From contig OX597814.1 of assembly GCA_951406725.2 (NCBI GenBank), positions 104,160,001 through 104,224,000 of the forward strand: a DNA stretch of 64,000 nt, in the 5' to 3' direction. The notes under the pieces were generated by a model. It saw only the letters and a program-made list of their open reading frames with translations, made no database searches and had not been told where the DNA came from. Source of the DNA: Octopus vulgaris (taxonomy: Eukaryota). Made by a program: the position numbers and the translations under genes. Positions 1 to 14,136 of the stretch are shown here, piece after piece (the stretch's first letter is position 1; every line of letters starts with the position of its first letter).

Positions 1-918
1 AGTTCCCACCATTTCACCCCCTCCACACCTCCACCACAACCACCACCACTGGCAACAAACTCTAAATGTATCTGTCGACTGAAGCATGTATTACTCTTTC
101 TAATTACACCACTGACTAATTACAGAGTAGCCTTTAAAGGTCTCTGTTTTAATTATCCCTCTCCTAAAAAAATAAGGAACAGAACAATGACCGTGTTGGA
201 TGTCTTTTAACAGTGGCGGATCGGCTTATCTACATTCAAACATCCCTGGCCAACCATCTGCGACTAGAGTACAATGACCCCCCCCCCCCCCCACTCATCT
301 ACCTCCTAAAAGACACTGTTTCCTTAGCCAGGAAATTATGATCAAAGAATGAAGAAATGTCAGGTAGATGCTTGTCTTTTCCTGTTCCAAACATAAGAAC
401 CACAATTCCATAAACAATACATTTTTTTACTTCTTTCTTTCCAAAGTTTGACTTCTTTCTTGTTAAGTTGTAAATTCAATCATGTTTGTTTTTTTTTTGT
501 TTTTTTAATTTCATTTGTGGGAGTGGTTAAACTTGGTGGCTACTTGAATGTCATTGAAACGGAAAATGTCAACAGGGTTAATTAGCAGGGCAATGGAATC
601 TGATTTTATGGAAGAAAAGATTTTTACCTAAGTTCTTGGATTTAATGTTTGGTGCAGACCTGGAATGTGATTGTTTTATTGTGATTGTTTTATTGTGATT
701 GGTATTGGAAATGGTGTGAGATTTGTTAATTTTGCATTGTTTCTTTCTCATTTGTAAAAAAATGCAAACACAAATATATTTGAATGTGTAGAGATACATC
801 TCAGTAATGTGGAGGCACAGAGCATGGCTGTGGGGTTGACTTATTTAATCACTGGCATGGTTATGTGGTTAAGAAGTGTGTTAGCAAATCTCTGTCCTGA
901 TTGTGTATGCATGTGTAA

Positions 919-1289
919 TCTCTCTATATATATAAACAGCAAAATGTCTGTCTGTGTGTGTGTCCTTTATACAAATCCACAATTTTTCAGTTAGAGGGCT
1001 CGCACTTTCTATGGTCATTCAAAACCGTCCAAGGGTGGTCGTGCACATCTTTACATTTCCCTAGTCACCCCGCAAAGCCATTAAAAAATCAATAGAAGTG
1101 ACTTTTTTGTGAATTTTCTATCCAAAACCCAATCAAAATGCCCGAAACTTGATACTCCAATTGAATGCCAGCTAGCTGTATGGTGATTGGTTGGAGATTT
1201 GGACAGTACTCGCGTGTATGTGCGCATGCATGCAGATGTGTATGCATGCACTAGGACTATGACCTGGCGTTGCCGGGTCATAGTGCTAG
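919..1289 (+). mobile_element. Non-autonomous Helitron (about 370 bp)
   Basis: A|TC 5' start (tctctctatatatataaa...tgtctgtctg); 13-bp subterminal hairpin 1256-1284; CTAG|T 3' end; no TSD. Confidence 0.85.
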
Positions 1290-1527
1290 TCATATATAAA
1301 TAGTCATATCTACAGCATTACTTACCAATCAGACTGCTTTACTACAGAAAATCCATAACAGGAAAAAAACCCAACAATGAATGAATGCTGTTCAAAACGA
1401 CAGGAAAATATTTCTGTCAGAAACTGAATGCATTTTTCTTTTGCAATTTACAATCAATCAGATATTTAGACAGAAGAGGAAATTTCTTGGATTAACCTAT
1501 GACAGAAAAAGAAGTTTCTTGGATTAA

Positions 1528-1744
1528 CCCATGAGCATTCAAATTATTCTGTCAAATGTAATATTTATTTATTCATATTATTTTGCACTAAGCACATATC
1601 ATCTTGTAGCTTTAAGGTTTTGATGATGTGATTGTTCTTTTGAGTAACATTGTAAAGTAGGAGTGAAAGGATGGATCTGTGCAGTTTGAGCATAAAACTG
1701 GTTGAATATTTGGGCTGGATGTGGCAAGTCTAAATGCTAAAGGG
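1528..1744. mobile_element. piggyBac-type MITE
   Basis: TTAA-CCCatgAGCATT...AATGCTAAAGGG-TTAA; related copies at about 35573-35850, 50805-51022 and 57562-57764. Confidence 0.75.
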
Positions 1745-2564
1745 TTAAAATTTATACAAAGATTAACAATTTAAGAACCCTAAAAGCACAGACTATTATA
1801 ATGGTCCTATGGTCTTTGAAATATAATTAGTAAATATTATAAGTGGAGAGATGATGATGATGATCTGAAAATTCTTAAGTGTTTGTTTATTATTTAATTT
1901 TTTTTTTAAACGTACTTTCTCTCACACACATGTCCCCCTTCTGACACACACACACACACACATGCTCCCCCCTCTGACACACACACACACACATTCCCCC
2001 CCTGACACACACACACACACACTCACATGCCCCTCCTGACACACACACACACATGTATAATTTTCTGAGTAAGTGTTGATTGAATTTTCACTAGCAACAA
2101 TTCAATGGATGTCATAGTGACATATAATGTTTAATGATTAATTTATTCATCAGCAGTTATATAAATAACAATTGTTATTTTGATTACGGGTCTAATTGAC
2201 GAGCAAGTTTGTTGTTTCAGACTTTCAGTTATTATTTTTCTCAAACCCATTTCAGTTTTAGAGAAACCATTTGCTTAATAGCTTCACCATTGGTTCACTG
2301 ACTCTTAGACTAACGAATGATGAAAGTAACACTATATATTGGTAGTAACAAGACTAAAGAATGATGATAGCACTGCATATATTGGTGATTATAGTCGAGA
2401 CTAATAAAAGGTGAAAACACATCACATATTGGTATTAATAGTTAGATTAGCAGAAAAATAACCTGTGAACCTGGGTAAATTTCTTGTTGTGGATAAGCCA
2501 TTCCATGTCTTGTAGCAGACATTTTGCTTCCTGACCTGATAGGGATTCATACAAAGCAAGTTTG

Positions 2565-2905
2565 CAGGCATGGCTGTGTGGTTAAAAAGCTGACTTTGCT
2601 ACCTCAAGGTTTCGAGTTCAGTCCTACTAGGTACCTTTTGCAAGTGTCTTCTGTTGTAAACCCAAGCTGACCAATGCCATCTGAGTGATTTTAGTAGACG
2701 GGGAAAGTGTGTGTGTGTTTGTCACTCCACTTTCACTTGCCAATTGGTGTTAGTTTGTTTATGTGTCTGTAACTTAGTGGTTTTACAAAAGAGACTGATA
2801 GAATAAGTGCCAGACTTAAGCATAATATAAGTATTGGGGCTGATTTGTTCAACAAAAACCCTTCAAAGCAGTGCCCCAGTATGGCCACAGTCTAATACTG
2901 AATCA
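2565..2905 (+). mobile_element. tRNA-derived CORE-like SINE (octopus OR-like family), diverged
   Basis: ggctgtgtggtt...gagttcagtcc head, caagtgtcttct core, gagactgatagaataagt...ccagtatggccacagt tail; similar to 23291-23697. Confidence 0.75.
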
Positions 2906-2934
2906 AATAAAAAATAAAAGATTATATATATATT

Positions 2935-3500
2935 CTTTTTCTTTTATTCTTTTGTCTGTTTCAGTCATTTGACTGTGGCTATGCTGGAGCACTGCCTTTA
3001 GGCGAACAAATTGACTCCAGGACTTATTCTTTGTAAGCCTAGTACTTATTCTATCGGTCTCTTTTGCCGGGGACATAAACACACCAACATCAGTTCTCAA
3101 GCAATGGTGGGGGAACAAACACAGACATACAAATATACATACATATATATATACACGACAGGCTTCTTTCAGTTTCCACCTACCAAATCCACTCACAAGG
3201 GTTTGGTTAGCTCGAGGCTATAGTAGAAGACACCTGCCCAAGGTACCACACAATGGAACTGAACCTGGGACTTTGTGTTCAGTAAGCAAGCTACTTAACA
3301 CATGGCCACACCTGCGCCTATATATATATGTATATATGATGAGCTTCTTTCAGTTTCCATCTACGAAATCCATTCACGAGACTGGTCAGCCTGAGGCTAT
3401 AGCAGAAGACGCCCAATATGCCATGCAGTGGGACAGAACCTGGAACCATGTGGTTGGGAAGTAAGCTTCTTACCACACAGCCATGCCTGTGCCTATATAT
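2935..3500 (-). mobile_element. Full CORE-like SINE plus a second SINE head, minus strand
   Basis: reverse-complement match to the 23291-23697 family. Confidence 0.85.
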
Positions 3501-6500
3501 ATATATGTGTGTGTGTATTGTATATTAGCAACTATTGGTGAACCTTTTACCCCAGATATTCAAGTGTGTGTTTATCTTGAAACTCTCATTAATCCATATT
3601 AACCAGTTGAGGAATGTCAAAAGCAGTTACTGTCATCTTGTAATAATATTTCACACTAAATTATTAACCTAGTTTTTTTCTTTTTTAATTGCTCCTAAGT
3701 TATTTTCATTAAGCACTGAACTGTCGTCAATCATAGGAAATTTCTAAATGTTTACCTTATTATATTCATGACTGATCTCCGAGGAAACGGACATTGTACC
3801 ATTAGTCATTAAACGTTGTGGAACTGAGTTTGTAGACAACATAATCATCATTCTTTGTGTTTGGGTTCTAATTTCAACGTGTCACTACTTCTTTGTGTCC
3901 AAATAATATCAACAGACAAACAAACACCAGTTCGTTGGGTTTATGCCTGCTTCTGTCAAACTGTCTAACCCATGCCAGCATGGAGGGCAGATGTTAAATG
4001 ATGATGGTAATGTATCTCAAGGGATACTAAGAGCAATGTTTCATTGTCTTTTCTCTTCTGACTTCAGATTAGCATTACAACAGGAAAACAGTATTTCGTT
4101 TTTGGATTTGGTTTGCAAGATTATTTATATGAGTTTCTGTGTTGAAGCATATTCTATTGTGTCTGGGGAGAGTCATTTTCTTTTTGTGCCTTATTATGTA
4201 ACACTCTCACTGGTAAAATTTTAGGACAATAAAAAAACCAAAAAAGAAAAACGTGGAAATTTTACCGGTGAGTGTGTTACATGAAAAGGCACAAAAAGAA
4301 AATGATTCTCCCCGGACACAATAGAAAAACAGTATTTTTTACACAAAACACAGATTCTTCTCTGATCTGGCGTTTAATTTCTCACTCTGAATCAATAACA
4401 TCGGTACCAGTAATTCAATGGACCAGATTCAGCTCAGTGTATACCTTCCTTCCTTCCTCCCCTCTCTCTCACTCACTCTCTCTCTCCTTTTTAGAAACAA
4501 ATTATTTTAGAAACCAACAGATTTCTTTGAGAAGTGATTTCATTAATGTGTCTCTTGTGGTTGTGAAAGAAAGACATGGCTTCTTTCATTGATCTCCTCT
4601 TCATCTCACTGATTAATAATGCGTCTTTTCTTAGTAAACCTGTAACTAATAATTTATTTTAAAATATGTCTCCCAGCCTCATCACTGCAATCTGTCTACT
4701 CTTTCAATAAAAACACTCTGATGATTTTCTTGTTTTCTATACCTACTTAACTTACATTCATGTATGTGTGTGTTTATATATATATGTGTTTGTGTGTGTA
4801 GCATGCACATACTCTCACACATGAATACTAATAAATAGGTTGGCAGGTATTTGTAGAAAATAAGAGAATATCATCATCATCATTGTTTAATGTCTACTTT
4901 CCATGCTGGCATGGGTTGGGTGGTTTGACAGGAGCTGGCCAGGTAGAAGACTACGCCAAGCTCTGCTGTCTGTTTTGGTGTGGTTTCTATGGTTAGAGGC
5001 CCTTTCTAGTGCCAACCACTTTACAGGGTGTGGACTGGATGCTTTCTATGTGGCACTAGTGCTAGTGAGGTCACCAAGTGACAGGAGAAGATCCCTCAAC
5101 TGGGGTGGGTGGGGGGAGTATTGAGGGTTTTATGCCAAATGATGAAAAGTTAGAGGGACAGGAATGGATGTCTTGCAGTAGAGGGGACACAGTTCTACCT
5201 CAGTAGGGGAGGGGGGAGAGGTGATATAGATGACATAGTAAATATGTGATGGGGAGTACAGCCATGTTAAGGGGAGCTGTATATAGTGAAATAGATCAGG
5301 GGACTGGATAGGGTGAGTGGGTGGAATTGTGAAAGGAGAGTGGGAGGTGGAGGGGAGGGGGCCTCAGGAGGACATGTTGTGGGGAAAAGAATTGACAGAG
5401 GCATACTCTGTGCTGGTAGGTTTGTGAGGAGGGGAATACAGTGATTGGTGGACACAGGTGGAGGATAAGAGGTGTTGGGAAGATGGGATGTGGGGACGAA
5501 GTTTGTCATGGACAGATGGTGTGGTGGGTGGAGGCATGGCCGTATATGCCTTTATGGCCTTCATTTTACTTCAATGGATGGGTCACAACAAATCACCATT
5601 TGTCTTGGTCCTTTGTCATCTCCTGTGTGAGGATCAACATCTGAGGATCATTTCTCTCTACTTTGCCCTAGATTCTCCCTAGGTCTTCCTTGGGTACAAG
5701 TGAGGCTTGTTTACAACCATCACATGAGATGACAACAGCACATGCACTCCCACTATATGTATGTGTGTGAGTGCATACAATGGGCTTTTTCCAGTTTCCA
5801 TCTACAAAATCCACCCACAAGACTTTGGCCATCCCCGGGCTATAAAAGAGGACACTTGTCCAAGGTGCCACTCAGTAAGACTGAACCCAAATCCCTATGG
5901 TTGAGAAGTAAACTTCTTAACCACACGGCCACAAACAGTTAATAATCCAGTAAACTTGGTGGCAACTGGCAGAATTGTTGCTAGGCTGAGCAAAACGCTT
6001 TGTGGCATTTTGTCTGTCTCTACGTTGTGAGTTCAAATTTTGCTGAGGTCATCTTTACCTCTCATCACTTTTGGTGGTGGTTCAATGAAATGAGTACCAG
6101 TTGTGTACTGGTGTCAATGGAATCAACTCCCCCCCCCCAACGAAATTAGTGACCTTATACCAAAATTTTAAATCAATAACATATTAAGCTGCGATCTTTT
6201 ATTTCCCTTTGAAATAGTTTTGGGTGTGAGGGATTACAATCTATTAATGATTGTGTCGTATTTATTAGCGAACTAGAAGTCATCTTTGTGGCTTTGTTTT
6301 CCCTCCCAGTGGTTTTTGTTTCCCTTGATTTAGACCGATGTGTGGCCTCTTCGTTGTACTTTACTCAAATAAGTGTTACTTCTCTTCTCTAAACCTCACT
6401 TGGTTAATCATTCATTAATGAGACCACTTGCTAAGAATAAACCAAGCAGTGGATGTTCTTTTTCATGTGTTTATTAAAATAAACTTTTTTTTTTATTCCT

Positions 6501-7254
6501 TTTCTTTTATAATTCTTGAAACAGACACATTTGATGTCTGGGTTATAAAACACTGTTAATTATTCTCCAAGCTCTATATTCGTCTGCTCTGAGAGTGATG
6601 GTATTGTTTCATGGGTAGGAGGACATTTGTCTGATTGTGTCTCTACTGGTTTTCTGTCATAAGACACAGCTAAAAGGTATCGGGTGTAAAACACGTTCAT
6701 GCTAGCATGGGAAAAGCAGATGTACAGTGACGATGATGATGATGACAACAACGGTGACGACGATGCTGATGGTAGTGATGGTGATGATGATGACAGCCAT
6801 GTATTTGTCATTACAACTTCATTCCCATATCCAAATGTGATAAAAGAAAAAAAAAAAATTGCTGAACTCAAAGAAAAGAAATATTTCTTGTTTAACAACA
6901 ATGCCTGTGAGAAAAATAAAAAATGTGGTGTGTGTATAATAATAATAATAATAATAATGATGTGTGCTTGTTATGTAAATTACTGCTGATTACTCTGCTC
7001 TCTCTCTGCCCACCCTGTTACTCTTCTGATCAGATTGTCTTGTACATACACCCAGTCATTGCTCATCACCCTCCAATCTGTCCACCCTTTTACTATTGAT
7101 CACCATATATATTCTCTGCCCACCCTCTATTCTTCATCCACCCAGTTCAGTTATTGAATGGAATTGGTGAAACGGGTTTTAATTTTCTCACTCAACAGCA
7201 TATTTCTATAACTTGGAAACAATTATCTTAACAGATGTGTTTCTTCTACCATCA

Positions 7255-7994
7255 GGTTGGGTCAATGGAGTATGATGTCCATTTGTAATCTTGATGTGTT
7301 GGTCAGGTCAATGGAATATGATGTCCATTTGTAATCTTGATGTGTTGGTCAAGTGGATGGGGTATGATGTCAATTTGTAATCTTGATGTGTTGGTCAGGT
7401 GGATGGAGTATGATGTCCATTTGTAATCCTGATGTGTTGGTCAGGTCAATGGAATGCAATATCCATTTTGTAATCTTGATGTGTTGGTCAAGTGGATGGG
7501 GTATGATGTCCATTTGTAATCTTGATGTGTTGGTCAGGTCAGTGGAGTATGATGTCCATTTGTAATCTTGATGTGTTGGTCAGGTCAGTGGAGTATGATG
7601 TCCATTTGTAATCTTGATGTGTTGGTCAGGTCAGTGGAGTATGATGTCCATTTGTAATCTTGATGTGTTGGTCAGGTGTATGGAGTATGATGTCCATTTG
7701 TAATCTTGATGTGTTGGTCAGGTGTATGGAGTATGATGTCCATTTGTAATCTTGATGTGTTGGTCATGTGGATGGAGTATGATGTCCATTTGTAATCTTG
7801 ATGTGTTGGTCAGGTGTATGAAGTATGATGTCCATTTGTAATCTTGATGTGTTGGTCAAGTGGATAGGGTATGATGTCCATTTGTAATCTTGATGTGTTG
7901 GTCAAGTGGATGGGGTATGATGTCCATTTGTAATCCTGATGTGTTGGTCAGGTCAGTGGAGTATGATGTCCATTTGTAATCTTGATCTGTTGGT
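7255..7994. repeat. 46-bp minisatellite, about 16 copies (GGTCAGGTCAGTGGAGTATGATGTCCATTTGTAATCTTGATGTGTT)
   Basis: GTAATC recurs at 7285, 7331, 7377 ... 7976 (period 46). Confidence 0.97.
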
Positions 7995-9779
7995 TGTCTC
8001 CTGCATCCTTTTTTGCATCATCATCATCATTTAACATCCGTCTTCCATGTTGATTTGGGTTGGACAGTTCCAAACGACCCGATGCGTCTCAAGTCAACCT
8101 CTTTTTTTCAGTCTCTGCTTTGATTTAGTTTCTACACCTGGGTGCCCTTCCTTAATGCCAACCACTTTATGGCATGCACTTGGTGCTTTTCTTGTGGCAC
8201 TAATGAGGCCACCATGCAGCTTGTATGATTAAGACCCCCATCCAACTGGGGTTGCAGAAGAGAGGGAAGGTTATGGGGTTAAAATATGGTGGAAGGGGCC
8301 AAAACAAAAAATACATTTTGCTAGAAGAGAGGGTGGCAATGGATGGGGTGGAGCAGGAAAGAGATAAAAATAGTAATGATGAGGTATCATGGGAAGAGCC
8401 TCAAGATCTGAGCTGAATAGAAGTGAGTGGGGGTAGGAGAACTGGAGGGAGTGTGGATGGGTACAGGTTGCAAGAGTGGGGCGGGTGGTTGAGCATTATT
8501 CTAACATAAATGAACATTAAAGTTTTGCTCATGAACTAATTATCGTTGCTTAATAATTCAGTCAAACTAAATTTATGTAAAACTTGTATGGGAAAGTGTT
8601 CGTCAATAACTTCTCTTGTTATAAATTTCAATTAAACGGATACTTTTAAAATCACTAATTTACTTAAAATACATCTGCTTTGCACTTCATTTATTTTATC
8701 TCACTGCAGTTATCTGTCTGTCTGTTTGTCTCTCACTCTCATTATAAAGACAAGACTTTATACAAAAAATTTGTTAATTTCCAAATATTTCTGTTGGAGG
8801 TATTTCTCCAGTGTCCTTTTTCTCCAACATAGTTGGCAAACAACTGAGAAACTTCTTCCTTCCAGAAAAGTCTTTTTCTTTTATTTTGACATTGTTTCAA
8901 TCCTTAGGTTTCCCTATTGGTTGACATATTTTCTATATTCACTTACCATGGGAGAGCACATGTATATTTTCTTAATATTCATTGACCAATTCCAAAGTAG
9001 AATCCCCACATGTTAGCTTTGCAGACTGACATAATCAAGGCAGAACATGATGGTGATTGTAATATCAGGATTGACTAGCAGAAAACCGCCTGGAAGATGG
9101 TATTTCTGTTTGTAATTCTACTGATGATAACAATCCTTTCTACTATAGGCACTAGACCTGAAGTTTTGAGGGGTGGGGCTTGTTGATTACATCAACGCCA
9201 GTTATTGTCATCATTATCATCATTCAGTGTTTTAAATCTGGGTGTTGTTCCCATTAACAGGGGTGGCCGGATCTACCTCAATGCCATAGCAACTGTGGTA
9301 GGCAGGTGTAGCTCACCGCAAACTTTGGGCGGGTTGGCTGGTGCCTAATTTTCCTTTGCTATCAGGAGGCTTTTTTGAAACTGGATTTTCTACAGGGAGC
9401 ATGCCCTCAGTTTCTAGACATGAGTGGTCCCGAGACCAAGGCCTCTACCACGGTTTTTCAGAAATGTGGTGAAAAACTAGCTCAGGAAGGCAGGGACGTT
9501 ACTCCCTTAGACCCCTTTCAGAGCCCCCCTACTGGCTGTTCCTTATTTTATTGACCCTGAAAGAATGAAAGGCAAAATCAACTTCAGTGGAATTTGAACT
9601 CAGAACATAAAGATAGATGAAATACCATGAAGCATTCTATCCAGTGAGCTAACGATCTGCCAGTTCGCTTGCTGCTGTAATAATAATACCAATTTTTAGT
9701 GATAACTGCCCAACCAGAGCCTTATGCGCCATTTAACATACTAACAGAACGACAAGCAGAATTAAAATACAATGATTGA

Positions 9780-10520
9780 AAATTCAGGGAGATGAGTTTC
9801 TGGCGATGGGACGAATCAGTTGAGCAAGATTCTCACCTGCAGTTGACTCAAGTTAGATTATTCTGTGGTTGTTACAATCTGATTTACCTCCCTTTCTTCA
9901 AATGGTCAAATCTCTGACTTCCTCTTGTGTCCAGATTATCTGAAGCAGTATGTGAATCATTGTTGCTAAGCCTCCCTTCTCAAGTGAATACATATCAGAC
10001 CCCTCCTCCCAGGCTTTTTTTTTGTTTAGGGAATGGATTATTTTTTTTTTCTTCTTTGCTTCAGTTTTGGAGGTGTCAGATGATGCAACTTGGCCATCCA
10101 TTCTTAAACTTTGTGCAAGGGTGATCTTTCGTTGGTTGCCTTGTGACAAGTCTTTGAGATGTTCTTTTCAGAGGCAGTGTGCATCTTACAAGAGAAATGC
10201 TTTGAGCAACACAAACCTCTGCACACGAGTTTCTTTGATTCCATAAATGGAAACCGTTAAACTTGGCTGCTTGCAAAGATTCCCTGCAATCGCACCAAAC
10301 CTTCAGTTTAGTGTCCGTCTTCCTCTGCAGTTTTCAACGAGAACCAGAGCAAGTTAGAGCTGTAGAATTGCTTCTCCATTCTTTCTCTCGATCATCTATG
10401 TTTGGAGTTATGATGACCGAAACTACCACCTGGTATCCACATCTCATACTGTACAGACTGTGATCTCCTCTTTCACTCTGCCATCTTTCTACTAGATCAA
10501 GCTCCATGACTACATCAGTA
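9780..10520 (-). mobile_element. Degenerate RTE-clade LINE ORF2 fragment (endonuclease-RT linker)
   Basis: minus-strand KGG...ILLQIIWTQEEV...KGGKSDCNNHR...HLPE resembles RTE KGxRSDCNNYRGISL. Confidence 0.6.
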
Positions 10521-11450
10521 ACTGAACTTGGACACACAGATATAGGTGGTGGTGGTGGTGGTGCAGTTAGTGTGACTTTAGTGAAACAACTATGGATAAT
10601 TATTAGGATATTATCACTGATAGCGATGCCAACATGTGTCTCCTGCCAACATTAGTAAAATGTATTACCTGGTCCATGCCATTTGGGTGCATGGACAGAA
10701 GTTGGAAAATATAGAATATTTCCAGTATCTGGGTAACGGCCTTTCACAAAATACGATTCAATATTGGATAAAATATGCCAGTGTCAATGTTGGTTGTGTG
10801 AGGTGGACAAGGTTTACAAAGATCCTTCTCCAAGACAACCAACCAATGACCACAGTTGTAATTGTTCTTCCCTACAGTCCTGAAACTGGAACAGGTTAGG
10901 GGTGCTTTGTGAATGCGAGTGTAGGTTATTACAAATGAGATGTATGAGTATGAGTGAGGCCTACAACATGAACTAGTAGGAATGTTATCTTTATTTCTTG
11001 TGGTTACTGTTTCAGTGTTGACTAATGCCATTAATTAGTAAATATTAACGAGACTATCAACATTTTATTTCTGTTCTGTAGAGTTTGTTGTTCATATATT
11101 TTACATATTTCACTTTAATAAGTTCACCAATGTCTAGGGCAAGTATTAAACTTCACTACTTTCTTAATGTTAATTAAGCTGAAATGAATTGATTTTTTTG
11201 TTTTTGTTTAGAGTAGTTTATTATATATTTTCTGAGAGTAAATTATGTTTTTAGACAGTTTGTGTTGCTACTAGTTGAATCCTATTTCAGCCATAGAATC
11301 GGTTCTAAGAAGATTCTTGGTTGAAGTTAGAGCTAAGTTTGTATGATCTGCAATTATTGTTTCATAAATTCCACATTCAGCTTATAAGGTATTTAAATTG
11401 TCTTCTCTCTGAACAAGTTCATATTTAATGTGAAATGTAATTTAGTATGA

Positions 11451-11481
<31 letters not shown>

Positions 11482-11679
11482 AGTTGTTTTTGTATAAATT
11501 GTTGAAATTAGGTTTTATGCTTTTATTTATAAATCTTCTTCAAAGAAGGATATCGAGTTAAACAAGACAGTCATTAATTAATTAACTGGTTATCTTAATC
11601 ATTATAGCGAATGAGAAAAAAGTTGATGCAATATTGTGGAAAACAGTTCATTTTCAAACTGTATTATCAACGGAAAGAA

Positions 11680-11714
<35 letters not shown>

Positions 11715-11748
11715 TAAGTATTGTCCTGTGTGTGTGTGTGCGTGCATG

Positions 11749-11784
<36 letters not shown>

Positions 11785-12379
11785 GGCAAACAGGTTAAGC
11801 TGTTCTAGAGTAAGTAGGGTGTACTTCTGTTTGTAGCACAAGTATGAAAACAAGGTGTCTAGTTTTATCATTTGTCAGTTGGTAACCTAGTCACTTCAAA
11901 CATTTCAATATGTGCCAGTAAATGTTATGGATTTAACCTAGAAATCAACCATATTAGCGTTATTTGAATATTTAAGAATCTTTGTGAGTTTTCGTTGCAA
12001 CTGAAATAAAAAGACTAAACTTAATCTAAAAGACTTTTTTTAATGGTTTTTCTGCTATACTGGGTAATGTTGTTCTTGTTGAAGTAATAGGTGTATATGT
12101 ATACACACACAGTAGTTGTGTATATACATACATGCAGATATCATTATTTCTTAATTAATATATTTTAAATCATAAGTATTTTAAGGTTATTAATTTCAGA
12201 AATTTAATAGTGTTTTTTTTGGGGGGGGGGGTTTCCAAATTAAGTGGAATATTTTAATCCCTTTCAAAAAATGTTTCCTCTTTCCTATTCCTTGTGACCC
12301 CCATTCTTTATTCGAGTCTTTTACAAACTTTGAATATTTTTATTTTGGTTTGTGGAAGTGTATTTGTTATGTAAGGGTG

Positions 12380-12700
12380 TCTCTCATGCTGGCCTTTTGT
12401 CAGTTGCGACGACGAGTGTTCCGGTTGATATATGATCAACAGAAGGGCAGCTTGTGAAGTTAACATGCAAGCACTGTACAGACTTGTGTACCCTAATGTA
12501 ATTTTCAGGGATTCAGTGTGACACAGAATGTGACCAGGCTGCCCTATGAAATACATGTCCGCACCATTTGTGCCAGCTGAGTGAGCTTAAGTAATGTGAA
12601 ATAAAGTGTCTTGCTCAAGGAGACAGTGTGTGAAGAGGAAATGAACTTCTGACCTACTACCGTGAGCTGAATACCCCTAACCTCCAAGCCATGTACCTTC
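12380..12700 (-). mobile_element. tRNA-derived V-domain-like SINE
   Basis: minus strand ccttgagcaagacactttatttcac; related copies about 39930-40125(-), 60845-61120(+), 62600-62880(+). Confidence 0.6.
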
Positions 12701-13276
12701 CTGATGTCTCTCTTAGTGGCTTGTTAATCAGTAAGGCACCCTACTAGTTTGCTGCAAACATGTTTGGTTGACACCGTTCCTTCAAATACTTTCCTTGCTG
12801 ATTAACATAAATTTCTGTTGCCTTTCATAAAATAAACACCATAATACTCTTCAGTTGTCTGTTTTCAAAAGAGAAGTCAAGACTTTTTTTTTTTAAATTA
12901 ATATACTGGGTGGCTTCCCAGCCTCTTGGGTCTGGGTTCAGTCCTACTGCATGGTACCTTGGGCAAATGTCTTCTAGAGCCCTTTACTGACCAAAGCCTT
13001 GTGAGTGGATTTGGTAGATGGAAACTGAAAGAAGCCTGTTGTGTGTGTGTCCTTGTTTTGACATTGCATGATTATTGTAAACGAATGTTGTTCCTTTCCA
13101 GTCTTCTGTGTAAAACATGTCTATCCATATGGGGTGGGGGGATATCACCTTGGTTGGAAACAGATGATGGTTGGTGATAGGGAGGGCATCTGGACTTAGA
13201 AAAGTCTGTTAATGAATTCCATCTGCCTCATGCAAGATTGAAATAATGGACATTAAAAAAATGATAATGATATACC

Positions 13277-13506
13277 TATTTCTTTACTACCCACAAGGGG
13301 CTAAACACAGAGAGGACAAACAAGAACAGACAAACGGATTGTCGATTACATCGACCCCAGTGCGTAACTTATACTTAATTTATTGACCTTGAAAGGATGA
13401 AAGGCAAAGTTGACCTCAGTGGAATTTGAACTCAGAAAGTAATGGCAGACGAAATACGGCTACGTTTTTCACCCTGCATGATAACAATTCTGCCAGCTCG
13501 CCACCT
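13277..13506 (-). mobile_element. Meta/MESC-domain-like SINE with target-site duplication
   Basis: minus strand gagttcaaattccactgaggtcaactttgcctttcatcctttc; flanked by the direct repeat aaaatgataatgatatacc. Confidence 0.85.
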
Positions 13507-14105
13507 TCAAAATGATAATGATATACCATGTCTGTGCATGTGTATATGTATGTGGATACAGACACACAGATTATAATCATCATGTGATATTACCATCATC
13601 ATTCATCCGTTTTGCATGTTGGCATGGGTGGGAGGTTTGACAGGGGACGTCTGAGCAGAAGATTGCCCCATGCTTCACTCTTTGGTTTTGGCAGGGTTTT
13701 ATGGCTGGATGCTCTTCCTAACACCAACCACCCAACAGTGATAGTTGCAGTGAAATTAGCAAATAAAATGGTTTCGTTTTTGTACAGATGGCCAACTATT
13801 ATGAGATTGTATGGAAAAGCCTATTCGGGCCGATGTCTATGAAACACTATGGAGGACAGCTTCCATAGGTTTGGTTTGTAGTGTAAGGAAATAGCATTGT
13901 TATACCTTGGCTGATTTCAAGCTAATTAGAAAAGCAAGTTGTATTTAAAGACACCCAAGTAAAATAGATTAGGATAAAGTTTGTGCATAAAACCGTGCTT
14001 AAGTTGATCATCGGAATCTATATAAATGTTATAATTAAGTGGTTTCTGCTGGCTGGAGATGGCAGGCTCCGAATGATGAAGAAAGAGAAATAAAGTTAGT
14101 TGCAT

Positions 14106-14136
<31 letters not shown>

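Noticed and set aside
6699-6989. Asp-rich ORF and other ORF-track peptides (HTHT, YIYI, CVCV types)
   Set aside because: Translations of (GAT)n, (CA)n and (TA)n microsatellites or of SINE sequence
7255-7994. CRISPR-like array (constant ~36 nt plus variable ~10 nt)
   Set aside because: The variable parts are short, related to each other and recurrent rather than unique spacers; there are no cas genes and the context is a eukaryotic intron
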